A stretch of 64,000 bases of DNA from an uncultured Planctomycetota bacterium (GTDB taxonomy: Bacteria; Planctomycetota; Planctomycetia; Gemmatales; Gemmataceae): assembly GCA_963849325.1 (NCBI GenBank), contig CAWKHF010000009.1:64001-128000 (forward strand), read 5' to 3'. Both the position numbers and the translations under genes were made by a program. This document shows positions 52,496 to 62,401 of this stretch, one piece after another. Under the pieces are notes generated by a model. It saw nothing but the letters and a program-made list of their open reading frames with translations, was not told where the DNA came from and did not search any database. The stretch's first letter is position 1, and each line of letters starts with the position of its first letter.

Positions 52496-53599
52496 TTAGT
52501 AGCCTTCGCCCTGAGTGGTGCCGTGCAGGGGATTGAGTTCGCCGCCGTAGCGGAAGTGCCACCCCTCGGCGGCGCGCAGGCCGTGCAGTTCGTCGAGCGT
52601 CAGACCGTAGCGCGCGAACCAGGGCTTGGCCCTCTCCTTGACCAGATCGTCAATCTGACGGACGCGATCGGCAGCCTCACCCCGCGCGAAACGCTCGCGG
52701 GCCGCCGGGCCATCCTGCTGGAAATACTCCTTCCAGAAGGCACGACCGCCGAGCACGCCGCTGGCGCCGGCGGCGACGGCCATCTCGACCTGCTGCTTGT
52801 AGGCAGGGAAATCGACGCCGGCGCTGAGCAGCACCCACGGCCGTTCCGAGGCGGCGTCCAGCTGGCGCAGGTTCTCCATCAGCTTACCTTCGCCGTCCTT
52901 GCCTAGCCAACCGGGGAACTCGGCCTTGTAGATGTCGCAATAACGGCTGAGTTGGCGGGCGCTCTCGATGACGGTCTCGGCCTTGCGATCGAGGAAGCTC
53001 TTGCTGTCCTTCTTTTCGCCCCCGAAGGGGAAGGCGATCGTCTCCAACAGCAGCAGGATGTCGTGCCGGCGGCACTCCTCGTAAACCTGCTGAATGAGGG
53101 CGAACTGATGCTCGGCGCTCTCCGGCTCGGTCGGCTCGAACTGGGCCAGCAGCTTGACGGCGTCGGCGCCGATGCGCTTGATCTTGTCCACGCCCCAGCC
53201 CGGTTCGATCTCGCCCAACGGTGCGCCGACGGTGCTCTCGCGGGCCGCCGACTTCTCGACGCGGACCAACATGCCGACGTGGGCCGGCAGATGAAAGCTG
53301 GCGATGGTGTTCCAGGCGCCGTAATAGCCGTCCACCAGGACGGCGCTGGCGTGCTGGCTCAGGGCGTCGGCAAGGACGATCTTGGCCTCGACCAGTTCGC
53401 TGTAGGTCGGCTCGCGGTTTTCGCCCTTCTTTTTGAGGCTGTCCTTAATCATGCGGATCATGGAGTTGTTTTGGTCTGTCGCCACCATGGTCAGCGTGCC
53501 GTTGTCGTTGCAAATGCGTTGCAGACCGCGCAGCTTGCCGGGGGTCAGTTGCAGTCCGAGCAGGCGAGTGACGCTGGTGAGAGCACGACCTTGCGACAT
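52496..53599 (-). CDS. Tagatose-1,6-bisphosphate aldolase family (class I, LacD-like)
   Basis: TMVATDQ, ASAVLVD, GADAVKLL, DIYKAEFPG, PWVLLSAGV, GASGVLGGRAFW. Confidence 0.85.
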   Translation of the reverse strand: MSQGRALTSVTRLLGLQLTPGKLRGLQRICNDNGTLTMVATDQNNSMIRMIKDSLKKKGENREPTYSELVEAKIVLADALSQHASAVLVDGYYGAWNTIASFHLPAHVGMLVRVEKSAARESTVGAPLGEIEPGWGVDKIKRIGADAVKLLAQFEPTEPESAEHQFALIQQVYEECRRHDILLLLETIAFPFGGEKKDSKSFLDRKAETVIESARQLSRYCDIYKAEFPGWLGKDGEGKLMENLRQLDAASERPWVLLSAGVDFPAYKQQVEMAVAAGASGVLGGRAFWKEYFQQDGPAARERFARGEAADRVRQIDDLVKERAKPWFARYGLTLDELHGLRAAEGWHFRYGGELNPLHGTTQGEGY

Positions 53600-53976
53600 G
53601 GAAGGAGCCTCGTGTCAAGAACTTTTTTCCGGTTCACAACCGGAGTCATTCTAGGTGTGGCGGCGAGAGGAGCAAGCGCCGCCGCCGAAGACGAAATCCG
53701 TGCGCTCGTCCTCATCGTCGCCGGGTCCGATTGCCGATGAGGAAGGCAGTCACCCCCGACCCTTCCGCGGCGGTGGGTGCCCCGTCCGGTCGTGGACGGG
53801 TCCGAACGGCGGACGCCGCCGGCCGTGGGAGTCGCCGTCACGCCGACAGGCCGGCCCTCCCGCCCGCGCGGTCCAGACCCGCACCGCCCGCCGGCGCGGC
53901 GACCGCCGCCAAGGCGTCAAGGACACTCCGAGACGGCCCCCGCCGCCTTCGGCGTGTCCTTTCGCCTTTTTCTCTT

Positions 53977-54005
53977 TTGCCTTCATCGCTCCCGTCGCAT
54001 ATAGT
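53977..54005 (+). promoter_or_regulatory. Sigma-70 promoter of fae
   Basis: TTGCCT-N17-TATAGT, then an AGGAG RBS. Confidence 0.65.
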
Positions 54006-54058
54006 CCTCCACATCGACCCGGACGACTCAGACGAACCTTCTTACAGGAGAACGAGCG

Positions 54059-54556
54059 ATGTCGATGTTCATCGGCGAAGCGCTGGTCGGCGAAGGGAAT
54101 GAAGTGGCGCACATCGATCTGCTGATCGGCTCCAAGGACGGCCCGGTGGGCGTGGCCTTCGCCACCGCCCTGGCGAATCAGAAGCAGGGCTTCACGAACC
54201 TGCTGGCCTTACTGACGCCCAACCTGCCGTGCAAGCCGGCCACTGTGCTGATTACCAAGGTGACCATCGAAGGCATGCACCAGGTGGCGCAGATGTTTGG
54301 CCCCGCCCAGGCCAGTGTCGCCAAGGCCGTCGCCGACAGTGTCGTTAGTGGCGTGATCCCCAAGGGCGACGCCGACAACCTCGTGATCGTGTGCGGCGTC
54401 TTCATCCATCCCAAGGCCAAGGATGACACGAAGATCTACGATTTCAACTACGCGGCGACCAAGCTGGCCATTCAGCGGGCCATGAAGGGCGAGCCGAAGA
54501 TCGACGAGATTCTGTCCAAGAAGGACTCGGCGAAACATCCCTTCTCGCCGAAGTGA
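54059..54556 (+). CDS. fae: Formaldehyde-activating enzyme
   Basis: GEALVGEGNEVAHIDLLIG, KVTI, QMFGPAQ, VFIHP, NY.ATKLAI. Confidence 0.95.
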   Translation: MSMFIGEALVGEGNEVAHIDLLIGSKDGPVGVAFATALANQKQGFTNLLALLTPNLPCKPATVLITKVTIEGMHQVAQMFGPAQASVAKAVADSVVSGVIPKGDADNLVIVCGVFIHPKAKDDTKIYDFNYAATKLAIQRAMKGEPKIDEILSKKDSAKHPFSPK

Positions 54557-54565
54557 ACAGCCGAA

Positions 54566-54619
54566 TCCGAGCCTGAAGCGTAAGCGAAGAGCGCTCTTCG
54601 CTTACGCTTCAGGCTCGGA
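54566..54619. repeat. Perfect 54-bp palindrome between convergent genes (REP-like; may terminate transcription)
   Basis: TCCGAGCCTGAAGCGTAAGCGAAGAGC|GCTCTTCGCTTACGCTTCAGGCTCGGA. Confidence 0.9.
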
Positions 54620-54631
54620 GGAGTTTGGTAT

Positions 54632-55999
54632 TCAGCGCCCCATCAGGTAGGCTTTCAGATCCATACCGATCTTCTGGCAGCGGCTGCGCCATTCCGGCGT
54701 GGGTGTGCCGCTGCCCGGGCGCATGATGAGAGTGATGCGGAGCGAGCTGGGCCGCGCCGGATCCCGTCGCTCCATGCGCAGCTCCAGATCGGTCGCGGCG
54801 GGCGCCGGCAAGACGGCGGACTTGCGCGCGCCTCGGTCCAGCAGGGAAAACAGACCGCTCTTCTTCTTGGGCGCCGCCGCTTCGCCCAGGCGGACGCGGA
54901 CCAGCCCCGGCAGCGTCTCGACCACCTCGCTGCCCAGGTCGTGCAGAAAGCCTTTCAATTTGAGCATGGCCATCGCTTCGGGCATGTCGGCCTCGAAATC
55001 CTGGCGCAGGGCGTGTCGGTCGAGGGCGGCCGGCAGCGGCGTAGTGGGCGACGGCCGCGGCGACGCCTCGGCGCCGGCCGGCACGTCCCGGAAGGACTTC
55101 CGGCTGAGGAGTTCAGCTCCTTCTCGGCGCGGCGCGGACAATCGTTTGCCGACGGCCGACTCGTAGCGCTGGGCGAGTTCCGCGGAATCGCCGGGGCGCT
55201 GCTCGGGATGCTTGGCCAGGCAATCGCGTACCACGGTTTCCACGTCGGGCGGGACGTGCGTGATGCCCCGTTCGGCAAAGCGAGGCGGGGCGTCCTGCGC
55301 ATGCGCGCGCAGCAGGGCGTCGGCCGAGGCGTGCTCGAACGGTCGCCGGCCGGTCAGCATTTCGTACAGCACGACACCGACGCTGTACAGGTCGCCGCGA
55401 GCGTCGAGGTCGAGGCCGCGCGCCTGCTCCGGCGCGATGTACTCGGGTGTGCCCGAAGCGGTCGGCGCGGCCGCATTCACCAGGTCGTCGGCGCCGATGT
55501 ACAGCAGCGAGGCCATTTTCGCCAGGCCGAAGTCCATCAGCTTGAGCGTCTCCTGCGGCGAGCAGGGGTGCAGGACCATCAGATTGCCCGGCTTGATGTC
55601 GCGGTGGACGATACCGGCCCGGTGGGCGGCGCCGAGCACGTCGCACAGCTGCACCAGCAGCCGGCCCGTCCGCTCCGGCGTCAGCCGGCCCTCGCGGTGC
55701 AGCAGCGTCCCCAGGTCGAGGCCGCGCAGATACTCCATCACCAGCACCGGACCGCCGGGTTCGTTGGGCGACGAGTCGCAATAGCCGACGGCGTTGGCGT
55801 GCTGGAAACGAGACAAGATGTGAATCTCGCGGCGGAGCAATTCGCGCGGCCGCGACTGGCTGAGGAACTGCTCTTGCAGCACCTTGACCACCACTTCGCG
55901 CGTCGCGTCGGTCTGGCGGGCCAGCCAGATCTGGCACATGCCCCCCTGATCGAGCAGACGGGAAACTCGGTACTTACCGAGCAGGACGCGACCGAGCAT
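54632..55999 (-). CDS. Serine/threonine protein kinase
   Basis: VVVKVL, HRDIKPGN, DFGLAK, GTPEYIAPEQ, DLYSVG. Confidence 0.93.
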   Translation of the reverse strand: MLGRVLLGKYRVSRLLDQGGMCQIWLARQTDATREVVVKVLQEQFLSQSRPRELLRREIHILSRFQHANAVGYCDSSPNEPGGPVLVMEYLRGLDLGTLLHREGRLTPERTGRLLVQLCDVLGAAHRAGIVHRDIKPGNLMVLHPCSPQETLKLMDFGLAKMASLLYIGADDLVNAAAPTASGTPEYIAPEQARGLDLDARGDLYSVGVVLYEMLTGRRPFEHASADALLRAHAQDAPPRFAERGITHVPPDVETVVRDCLAKHPEQRPGDSAELAQRYESAVGKRLSAPRREGAELLSRKSFRDVPAGAEASPRPSPTTPLPAALDRHALRQDFEADMPEAMAMLKLKGFLHDLGSEVVETLPGLVRVRLGEAAAPKKKSGLFSLLDRGARKSAVLPAPAATDLELRMERRDPARPSSLRITLIMRPGSGTPTPEWRSRCQKIGMDLKAYLMGR

Positions 56000-56272
56000 G
56001 ATGAATGCCTCGAAAACCTCTGTCCGATTGCAGGCCCGTTCCGAGAGGGCGGCCTGCTCAACTCTAGAGTGCGAATGTCCGTCGTGCCAGCCGCGCCCGT
56101 CTTTTCTCCCGCACAACCGCTAATGTCGCCCCCATTCTCCCGGCCGCCGGTTGTCGCGGACCGAAGCGGCGTCAGGACGTTTTGCTCTCGGGGAGCGCCA
56201 CCTGCGACACTGCACGTACCCGCCGCGAGACGTTGCCCCGGCTCGCTGTTCTCCTGTTTCGAGGCCGCGCAC

Positions 56273-57068
56273 ATGGATCAGGTTTGGACCGGCGATTGTC
56301 TGCGTCATCTCGCCGAATTGCCGGAGGCGAGCGTGGATCTGGCCTTCGCCGACCCGCCCTTCAACATCGGTTACGAGTATGACGTTTACAACGACCGGCA
56401 GACGCGCGAGGAGTACCTGGCGTGGACGGAGCGCTGGCTGGCAGCGGTGCGGCGCGTTCTGAAGGCGGATGGCTCCTTCTACGTCGCCATCGGCGACGAA
56501 TACGTCGCCGAGCTGAAAGTACGGCTCGACGCGCTGGGGCTGGTCCTGCGCAACTGGATCGTCTGGCACTACACCTTCGGCGTCAACTGCCAGCGCAAGT
56601 TCAACCGCAGCCACGCCCACATTCTCTACTATGTGCGGGACGAGAAGCGCTTCACCTTCAACGCGGCGGCGGTGCGTGTGCCGTCGGCGCGGCAGACGAC
56701 GTATGCCGACCGCCGGGCCAACCCGACCGGCAAACTGCCCGACGATACCTGGGTGCTGCGGCCCCAAGAGGACGCCCGCTGTTTCGCGCCGGAGGGCGAC
56801 ACCTGGTATGCGGCCCGCGTGTGCGGCACGTTCAAGGAGCGCACCGGGCATCCGTGCCAAATGCCGGAGGCGGTGCTGGAGCGCATCGTCGCGCGTATCG
56901 AGCAATCCGGGCGATCTGGTGCTCGATCCGTTCGCGGGCAGCGGTACGACGTTGGCCGTGGCCAAGCGCCTGGGCCGCCGTTACCTCGGCATCGAGCTGT
57001 CGGAGGAATACGCCGAGCGAATCCGCCAGCGGTTAGCCGAGATTGGCGGACAGCGTCAGGAGGCGTAA
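56273..57068 (+). CDS. Site-specific DNA methyltransferase, N4/N6 beta class (frameshift near 56893)
   Basis: [16 protein letters not shown], then [11 protein letters not shown] and YLGIE in the next frame. Confidence 0.9.
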
Positions 57069-57125
57069 AATGCCGCTTGCGGCTTCGCCTTCCGTGCGCT
57101 CCCCGCAAGCGATAAAGATTCCACG

Positions 57126-57764
57126 ATGCTCCCTCTCTTGCTGAACCTGACGGATCGCCTCGCCGTGGTGGTTGGCGGCGGCGCCGTCGGTCGCCGCAAG
57201 GCGTCGGCCGTCCTGGCGGCCGGCGGCCGGGTGCGGCTGATTTGCCTGGAGCCGCGACCGGCGGAGATGATCGAACCCCTCCTCGAATGGCGGACGGCGG
57301 CGTACACGGTGGACCATCTGGACGGGGCGTCTCTCGTCTTCGCCGCCGCGGTCGCCGACGTGAACGTGCGCGTCGTTGCCGACGCCCGGACGCGCGGCGT
57401 ATGGGTGAACGCGGCTAGCGAGCCGAGCCAGGGCGATTTCTTCCTGCCGGCGACCGTTCGCCGCGGCGACTTCGTTTTAGCTGTCAGCACGGGCGGGGCC
57501 GCGCCGATCCTCACGCAGATTGTCCGCGATCGCTTGGAGGCGGAGTTTGACGAGGCATTCGGCGTCTGGGCGGGGCTACTGGCCGAACTGCGGCCTCTGG
57601 TTCGAGAGCGCATCGCCGATGCTGAACAACGACGGGTCATACTGACACATTTTTGTCAGTGGGAATGGCTGCTCCGTCTCCGCGAGGAGAAGACGGATAC
57701 GGTGCGCGAGGCCATGCAGTCGTCGATCGAAGCGATTGTGGAATCCTGCGCGGGAATAGACTAA
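57126..57764 (+). CDS. Precorrin-2 dehydrogenase / sirohydrochlorin ferrochelatase (SirC/Met8, CysG N-terminal)
   Basis: VVGGGAVGRRK, VN......GDF..PA, AVSTGG.AP. Confidence 0.88.
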   Translation: MLPLLLNLTDRLAVVVGGGAVGRRKASAVLAAGGRVRLICLEPRPAEMIEPLLEWRTAAYTVDHLDGASLVFAAAVADVNVRVVADARTRGVWVNAASEPSQGDFFLPATVRRGDFVLAVSTGGAAPILTQIVRDRLEAEFDEAFGVWAGLLAELRPLVRERIADAEQRRVILTHFCQWEWLLRLREEKTDTVREAMQSSIEAIVESCAGID

Positions 57765-57830
57765 CAATGGAAACAAGAAGAATGTCGGGGACATCCAGAC
57801 CAACTCGCGAAGCCCGCTGGAGGCGGAGGA

Positions 57831-58232
57831 ATGAACCAGGTACATCCAACCGTTCGCTATCTGATCATCTGCGAGGACGTTCTGACCGCTCCCGACAATC
57901 CGCATCGCGTCACGCTCATCGATCTGATCAACGCTATTCGATCGCTGGAAAAACCTCCCTTTCCGCTGCTATATCCGGAGATATGCGTTTTCCTCCAGCT
58001 GACCGAATGTCGTGGCCCGGGCGACGGGCGGATCGAGATCCAGCACGCGGATTCCGGCCAGGTCGTATTCCGCACCCGCACGCGCACTCTTCCACTCGGT
58101 GACGACCCGCTGGAGGTTGTGGGTGTCATCTTTCGCATTCGGAATTGCTACTTCCAACAGCCGGGGCTTTACTGGGTTCAGTTCTGGTACAATGAGCAGA
58201 TGATCGCGCAGCAATCTCTCTTGCTGAGGTGA
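57831..58232 (+). CDS. Hypothetical protein, DUF6941-like
   Basis: LIICEDV...F.QPG.Y.V pattern; GGAGG RBS. Confidence 0.65.
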   Translation: MNQVHPTVRYLIICEDVLTAPDNPHRVTLIDLINAIRSLEKPPFPLLYPEICVFLQLTECRGPGDGRIEIQHADSGQVVFRTRTRTLPLGDDPLEVVGVIFRIRNCYFQQPGLYWVQFWYNEQMIAQQSLLLR

Positions 58233-58238
58233 CGATTG

Positions 58239-58610
58239 ATGACCAGCCAAAGCGGTGGGAATATCCGGTGTCTCGTGGTTGGCGAGTACGTGGATGAGGC
58301 AGAGATCCCGGCGAACATAACGTGCTCTCGCGGCGAGACGGTGCGCACGCACCTGGTCGCCAACTATCTGGACTTATGGGGCCAGGGCGACGAATTGAAG
58401 GAGTTCACGATCCTGTTGAAAGACAAGGGGAGCATCTTCGTTCACGGGCATGGTTTGAAGCTTATTCCCCCCACTCCCTCCGAGCCGTTTAGCCATTACA
58501 GTGTTATCGTCCGCGCCGGCGAAGAAGAAGTGATCGTCGCGCTCTTCAAGAGTTTGGAGGTCGCCGGCATCTTTTCCGGTGAGATGCGGACCCAACCGAA
58601 CATCGCCTAA
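58239..58610 (+). CDS. Hypothetical protein
   Basis: About 123-aa ORF with GAGGTGA RBS directly after the previous gene; lower GC. Confidence 0.6.
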   Translation: MTSQSGGNIRCLVVGEYVDEAEIPANITCSRGETVRTHLVANYLDLWGQGDELKEFTILLKDKGSIFVHGHGLKLIPPTPSEPFSHYSVIVRAGEEEVIVALFKSLEVAGIFSGEMRTQPNIA

Positions 58611-58778
58611 CCGATCCGCTATCTAGCCCGACCTCTTTCGCGCGTCGTCGCATCGTGCCTGCTCCTCCGAGTTATCCCGTGCTTGCTTGGCTCCCCTTCC
58701 GCCATCCGGTACACTGAACCCTGAACCCGACACTCCCCTGGTCGAGCACCCTCCGAGGAGAGCGGAGGGCGAAACACC

Positions 58779-59590
58779 ATGCTGGATCGCGTTACCATCG
58801 TCTGCTTCCTCGCCTCCTATGCGATGGCCCTCGTGCTGGAGTTGCTGTATCAGTTTCGGCCGCGGCGCGTGTTCCGCTGGCTGGCCGTCGCGTTCGGCGC
58901 GGCGGGCCTGGCGGCCCAGACGATCTTCCTGGCGGTGCAGCAGCCGCCCTTGATCCGGCAGTTCGGTTGGATGCTGTTCCTCGCCTGGATTTTGGCGATC
59001 TTCTACCTGATCGGCTCGGTGCATCACCGTCGCCTGTCGTGGGGGCTGTTCGTGCTGCCGTTGGTGCTGGGACTGGTCGGCCTGGGTGCGGCGTTCGGCC
59101 GGCCGGCCGAAGGCGACAACGCACGCGGCGACAACGTGCTGCCGATCCAGGACGCCTGGGCGCTCTCCACGGCGGACTCTTGCTCCTGGCCGCTGTCGGT
59201 CTGTGCGTCGGCTTTCTGGCCAGCTTGATGTACCTGGTGCAGGCCCATCGGCTACGGGCCAAAACACTACCCGGCCACGGACTGCGCCTATGGAGCCTGG
59301 AACGCCTGGAAGCGATGAACCGCCGGGCCATCGTCCTCGCCTTCCCGCTGCTGACGGCGGGAATGCTCGTCGGTCTCGTCCTCATGTTCCACGACCACCT
59401 GTCCGACTGGAGTGATCCGCGCGTGCTGGCCTCCGTCGTCTTGTGGCTGAGCTTTGCCGTGCTGTTGTATCTGCGTTACGGCTACCACCTGCGCGGCCGG
59501 CCGGTCGCCCTGCTGACGATCCTGACCTTCGTGCTGCTGGTCGGCTGCCTCATCTTGCCGCACTGGCCGGGGCAAGGGGGTGGACGATGA
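58779..59590 (+). CDS. Cytochrome c assembly / HemX-like membrane protein (frameshift near 59158)
   Basis: Multiple TM helices; ALHG, MYLVQ..RL, SLERLE.MN, W.DP; directly upstream of hemA. Confidence 0.8.
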
Positions 59591-60873
59591 TCCTCCTCGC
59601 CATCGGTTGCAGTTACAAGACCACGCCGGTCGATGTCCGCGAACGGTTGGCCTTCAAGGACGATCACCTGGCCCGCGCCCACACCGAACTGTGCAGTGGT
59701 TTCGATTGCGAGGCCGTCATCCTCAGCACCTGCAACCGCGTCGAGCTGTACGTCGGCTGCGTTCTCGATGGACCCGAATCGTCGCGTGAGTTGGATGCGG
59801 AGTCGATCGCGGAGTTCCTCGCCGACTTTCACGGCCTGCCTGCCTCCGTTGTCCGCCCCCACCTGTACGTTCACCGCCAGGCCGAGGCCGTCCATCATCT
59901 GTTCCGCGTCGCCGCCAGCCTCGACAGCATGATCGTCGGCGAGGGGCAGATCGCCGGGCAGATCAAAAAGGCTTACGAGCAGGCCGTCCGCGACGACAGC
60001 GTCGGGACGCTGCTTCATGCCGTGTTTCGCCATGCCCGCCGCGTTGCTCGCCGAGTGCGCACCGAGACCGGCATCTCGCGCGGCCACGTTTCCGTCTCCA
60101 GTGCCGCCGTCGATTACGTCAAGCAGGTCTTCGACCACTTCGGCGACAAGACCGTACTGGTCATCGGCGCCGGCAAGATGGGCGAGTTGACGCTGCGGCA
60201 CTTGCGGCAGTTGCAGCCGCGGCGCATCTGGGTCACCAACCGCAGTCCCGACAAGGCGATGACCGTGGCGCGCGGCTGCGGCGGCGAGGCGAAACCGTGG
60301 GAGGAGTTGGACGATCTGCTGACCGGCGCCGACATCGTGCTCAGCACCACCGGCGCTCCCGAGCCGATCGTCACGCGCGAGCGCTTCGAGCACATCGCCA
60401 ACCGGCGGACGGGGGGGCCGCTGGTCATCCTCGACATCGCCGTGCCGCGCGACTTCGATCCGCGCATCCACGACGGCGATCGCACCTGTCTGTTCAACAT
60501 CGACGACCTGAAGCGCATCCGCGAAGCGACGTTGGCGGATCGCCTCAAGCACGTCGAGCCGGCCGAGGCGATTGTCCACGAGGAGACGAAGACGTTCCTC
60601 AAGGATTGGGCGCGGCGGCGCAACGGCCCGTTGATCGCGCGGCTGACGCAGGACTCCGACGCCAAGCGCCGCGAGATCGTGCGGCAGCTGCTGGGCCGAC
60701 TCAACGGCCGGCTCAGCGACGCCGACCGCCGCGAGATCGAAGGGGCGTTTCGCCTATTCCAGAACCGCCTGCTACACGGCCCCATCACGGCGCTGGCCGA
60801 AGAAACGCACAGCGGTCCCGGCAGCCACACGCTGCTCGACGCGCTGCGCAAACTATTCCGACTCCAAGAATAA
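59587..60873 (+). CDS. hemA: Glutamyl-tRNA reductase
   Basis: LSTCNRVELY, SLDSMIVGEGQI, IGAGKMG, DIAVPRD. Confidence 0.96.
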   Translation: MILLAIGCSYKTTPVDVRERLAFKDDHLARAHTELCSGFDCEAVILSTCNRVELYVGCVLDGPESSRELDAESIAEFLADFHGLPASVVRPHLYVHRQAEAVHHLFRVAASLDSMIVGEGQIAGQIKKAYEQAVRDDSVGTLLHAVFRHARRVARRVRTETGISRGHVSVSSAAVDYVKQVFDHFGDKTVLVIGAGKMGELTLRHLRQLQPRRIWVTNRSPDKAMTVARGCGGEAKPWEELDDLLTGADIVLSTTGAPEPIVTRERFEHIANRRTGGPLVILDIAVPRDFDPRIHDGDRTCLFNIDDLKRIREATLADRLKHVEPAEAIVHEETKTFLKDWARRRNGPLIARLTQDSDAKRREIVRQLLGRLNGRLSDADRREIEGAFRLFQNRLLHGPITALAEETHSGPGSHTLLDALRKLFRLQE

Positions 60874-60888
60874 ACCACGAAGAAAAGA

Positions 60889-61068
60889 CAAAACATTTCA
60901 CCACGGAAAACACGGAAAACACGGAAAAAAGGCAAAAAGAAAAACCATAACAAGAAGGACGTGGAACGATACCGTTGGGGGACCGTGAGGCCGCGCATTG
61001 CCGAAGGAGTTTTTTGATTTTTTGTTTTTTTTCCGTGCTTTCCGTGTTTTCCGTGGTGAAATGTTTTG
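60889..61068. repeat. Inverted 9-mer tandem-repeat element, copy 3
   Basis: CAAAACATTTCACCACGGAAAACACGGAAAACACGGAAAAAA...TTTTTTCCGTGCTTTCCGTGTTTTCCGTGGTGAAATGTTTTG. Confidence 0.9.
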
Positions 61069-61092
61069 GGAATGAATAGAGCTTCTTGACTC

Positions 61093-62391
61093 ATGCTTAT
61101 GGCATCCGGCTCCAACCTGCTGGCGTGGTCCCTGCTGGGAGCGGCGATGGTCCCCATCGCCGGCTTCTTCCTGCAAGTCGTGTGCAACATGTGCGGCGCC
61201 GACGCGCCTTCGCTTCGTCGCGCCAGCCTCATCTCGCTTCTGGTTGCGGCGGCCGCCTTCTTCACCTTCGACCTGATTGGCTACGGCATTGTCCTGGGCA
61301 CACGGGACACGGTGAATCTGAACCTGCCGCCCGGCTACGGTTACGGCAACTGGCTGCGCGAACCACTCTACCTGAAATGGCACGTCATGGGCCTGGTGCC
61401 CGTGCTCCGCTACCTGCCCGTCGCCTTCGCCCTGTGCCTGGCGGCGACGCTTTATGTTTTGATTCTCAAGGAACCCTTCCGCAATTGCGCGGTGATCCTG
61501 CTGGTTCAGTGGACCCTCAACGTCGTGGCGATGGCGGTGCTGACCTTCCTGCTGTCCGTGACCGTCGGATTCGTGGGCCATTCGCTCCAGCCCCCGACGC
61601 AGCCGGTTGCCGACGGCTCGGGTCTCCGGGGTGCTCTCGCCGACCATCACGGCGAGGCCGGATCGTTCGTCAAGCAGATGCGCGGACAACTTCATGCCCT
61701 CGATGAGAATTTCGGACCCTATCTGGAGCCGATCAAGACCGCCTGCCAACCGTACACGACGTATCTGCCGCCAGTAGTCCAGGAATTCCTCGATGACGGC
61801 GGTTGGTGGCTGGTGCTGGCCGCATTGGCCGTCGTCGCCGTGCTGTGGCTGCGGGCGCTGACGCGACGCTTGAAACGAGCCTTGTTTCGCAGGAAAAAAC
61901 GCGGCCACAAGAAGCGGTCGCAAGATCTGGTCATCGACCTGGATCTGGTGAGCGACGCCTTCACCGATCCGGGATCACATCAGATCACGGTGCGCGGCCA
62001 GCCGGGCCGACTGCGGCTCGTGGTCCTGTCGCCGTCCAGTAGCTACGTCGGCGACCTGTTGCCCGAGATGGCCGAGAGCTTACTGGACTGGCTTCAGCCG
62101 GGATTGGGCGACATCGTCGCCAGCGACAGCCCGCGCGTGGTGGTTTGGCCGCGCTATGCCAGCGCCGGTCGGTTTGACGAGATGTTCCCCAAGCTGGTCC
62201 AGGCGCCGGAGACGAAAGGGCGACGCTCGCCCTGGATGCTGCTGTCCGGCGCCGCTCGCCTGGGCCGACAAACGATTTTCCTGGGACTGGCCGTCTACCT
62301 GGACAAGACCACCTTCACACGCGAAGTCCGGGTCGAAAAGGACAAGTGGAACGAAGTCCTCGGCGTGCAAAAAGTCACGGAAGCCGTTTGA
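61093..62391 (+). CDS. Hypothetical membrane protein (about 5 TM plus C-terminal soluble domain)
   Basis: Long ORF with hydrophobic segments and a basic stretch after the last TM. Confidence 0.78.
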   Translation: MLMASGSNLLAWSLLGAAMVPIAGFFLQVVCNMCGADAPSLRRASLISLLVAAAAFFTFDLIGYGIVLGTRDTVNLNLPPGYGYGNWLREPLYLKWHVMGLVPVLRYLPVAFALCLAATLYVLILKEPFRNCAVILLVQWTLNVVAMAVLTFLLSVTVGFVGHSLQPPTQPVADGSGLRGALADHHGEAGSFVKQMRGQLHALDENFGPYLEPIKTACQPYTTYLPPVVQEFLDDGGWWLVLAALAVVAVLWLRALTRRLKRALFRRKKRGHKKRSQDLVIDLDLVSDAFTDPGSHQITVRGQPGRLRLVVLSPSSSYVGDLLPEMAESLLDWLQPGLGDIVASDSPRVVVWPRYASAGRFDEMFPKLVQAPETKGRRSPWMLLSGAARLGRQTIFLGLAVYLDKTTFTREVRVEKDKWNEVLGVQKVTEAV

Positions 62392-62401
62392 GCCGATGTC
62401 C

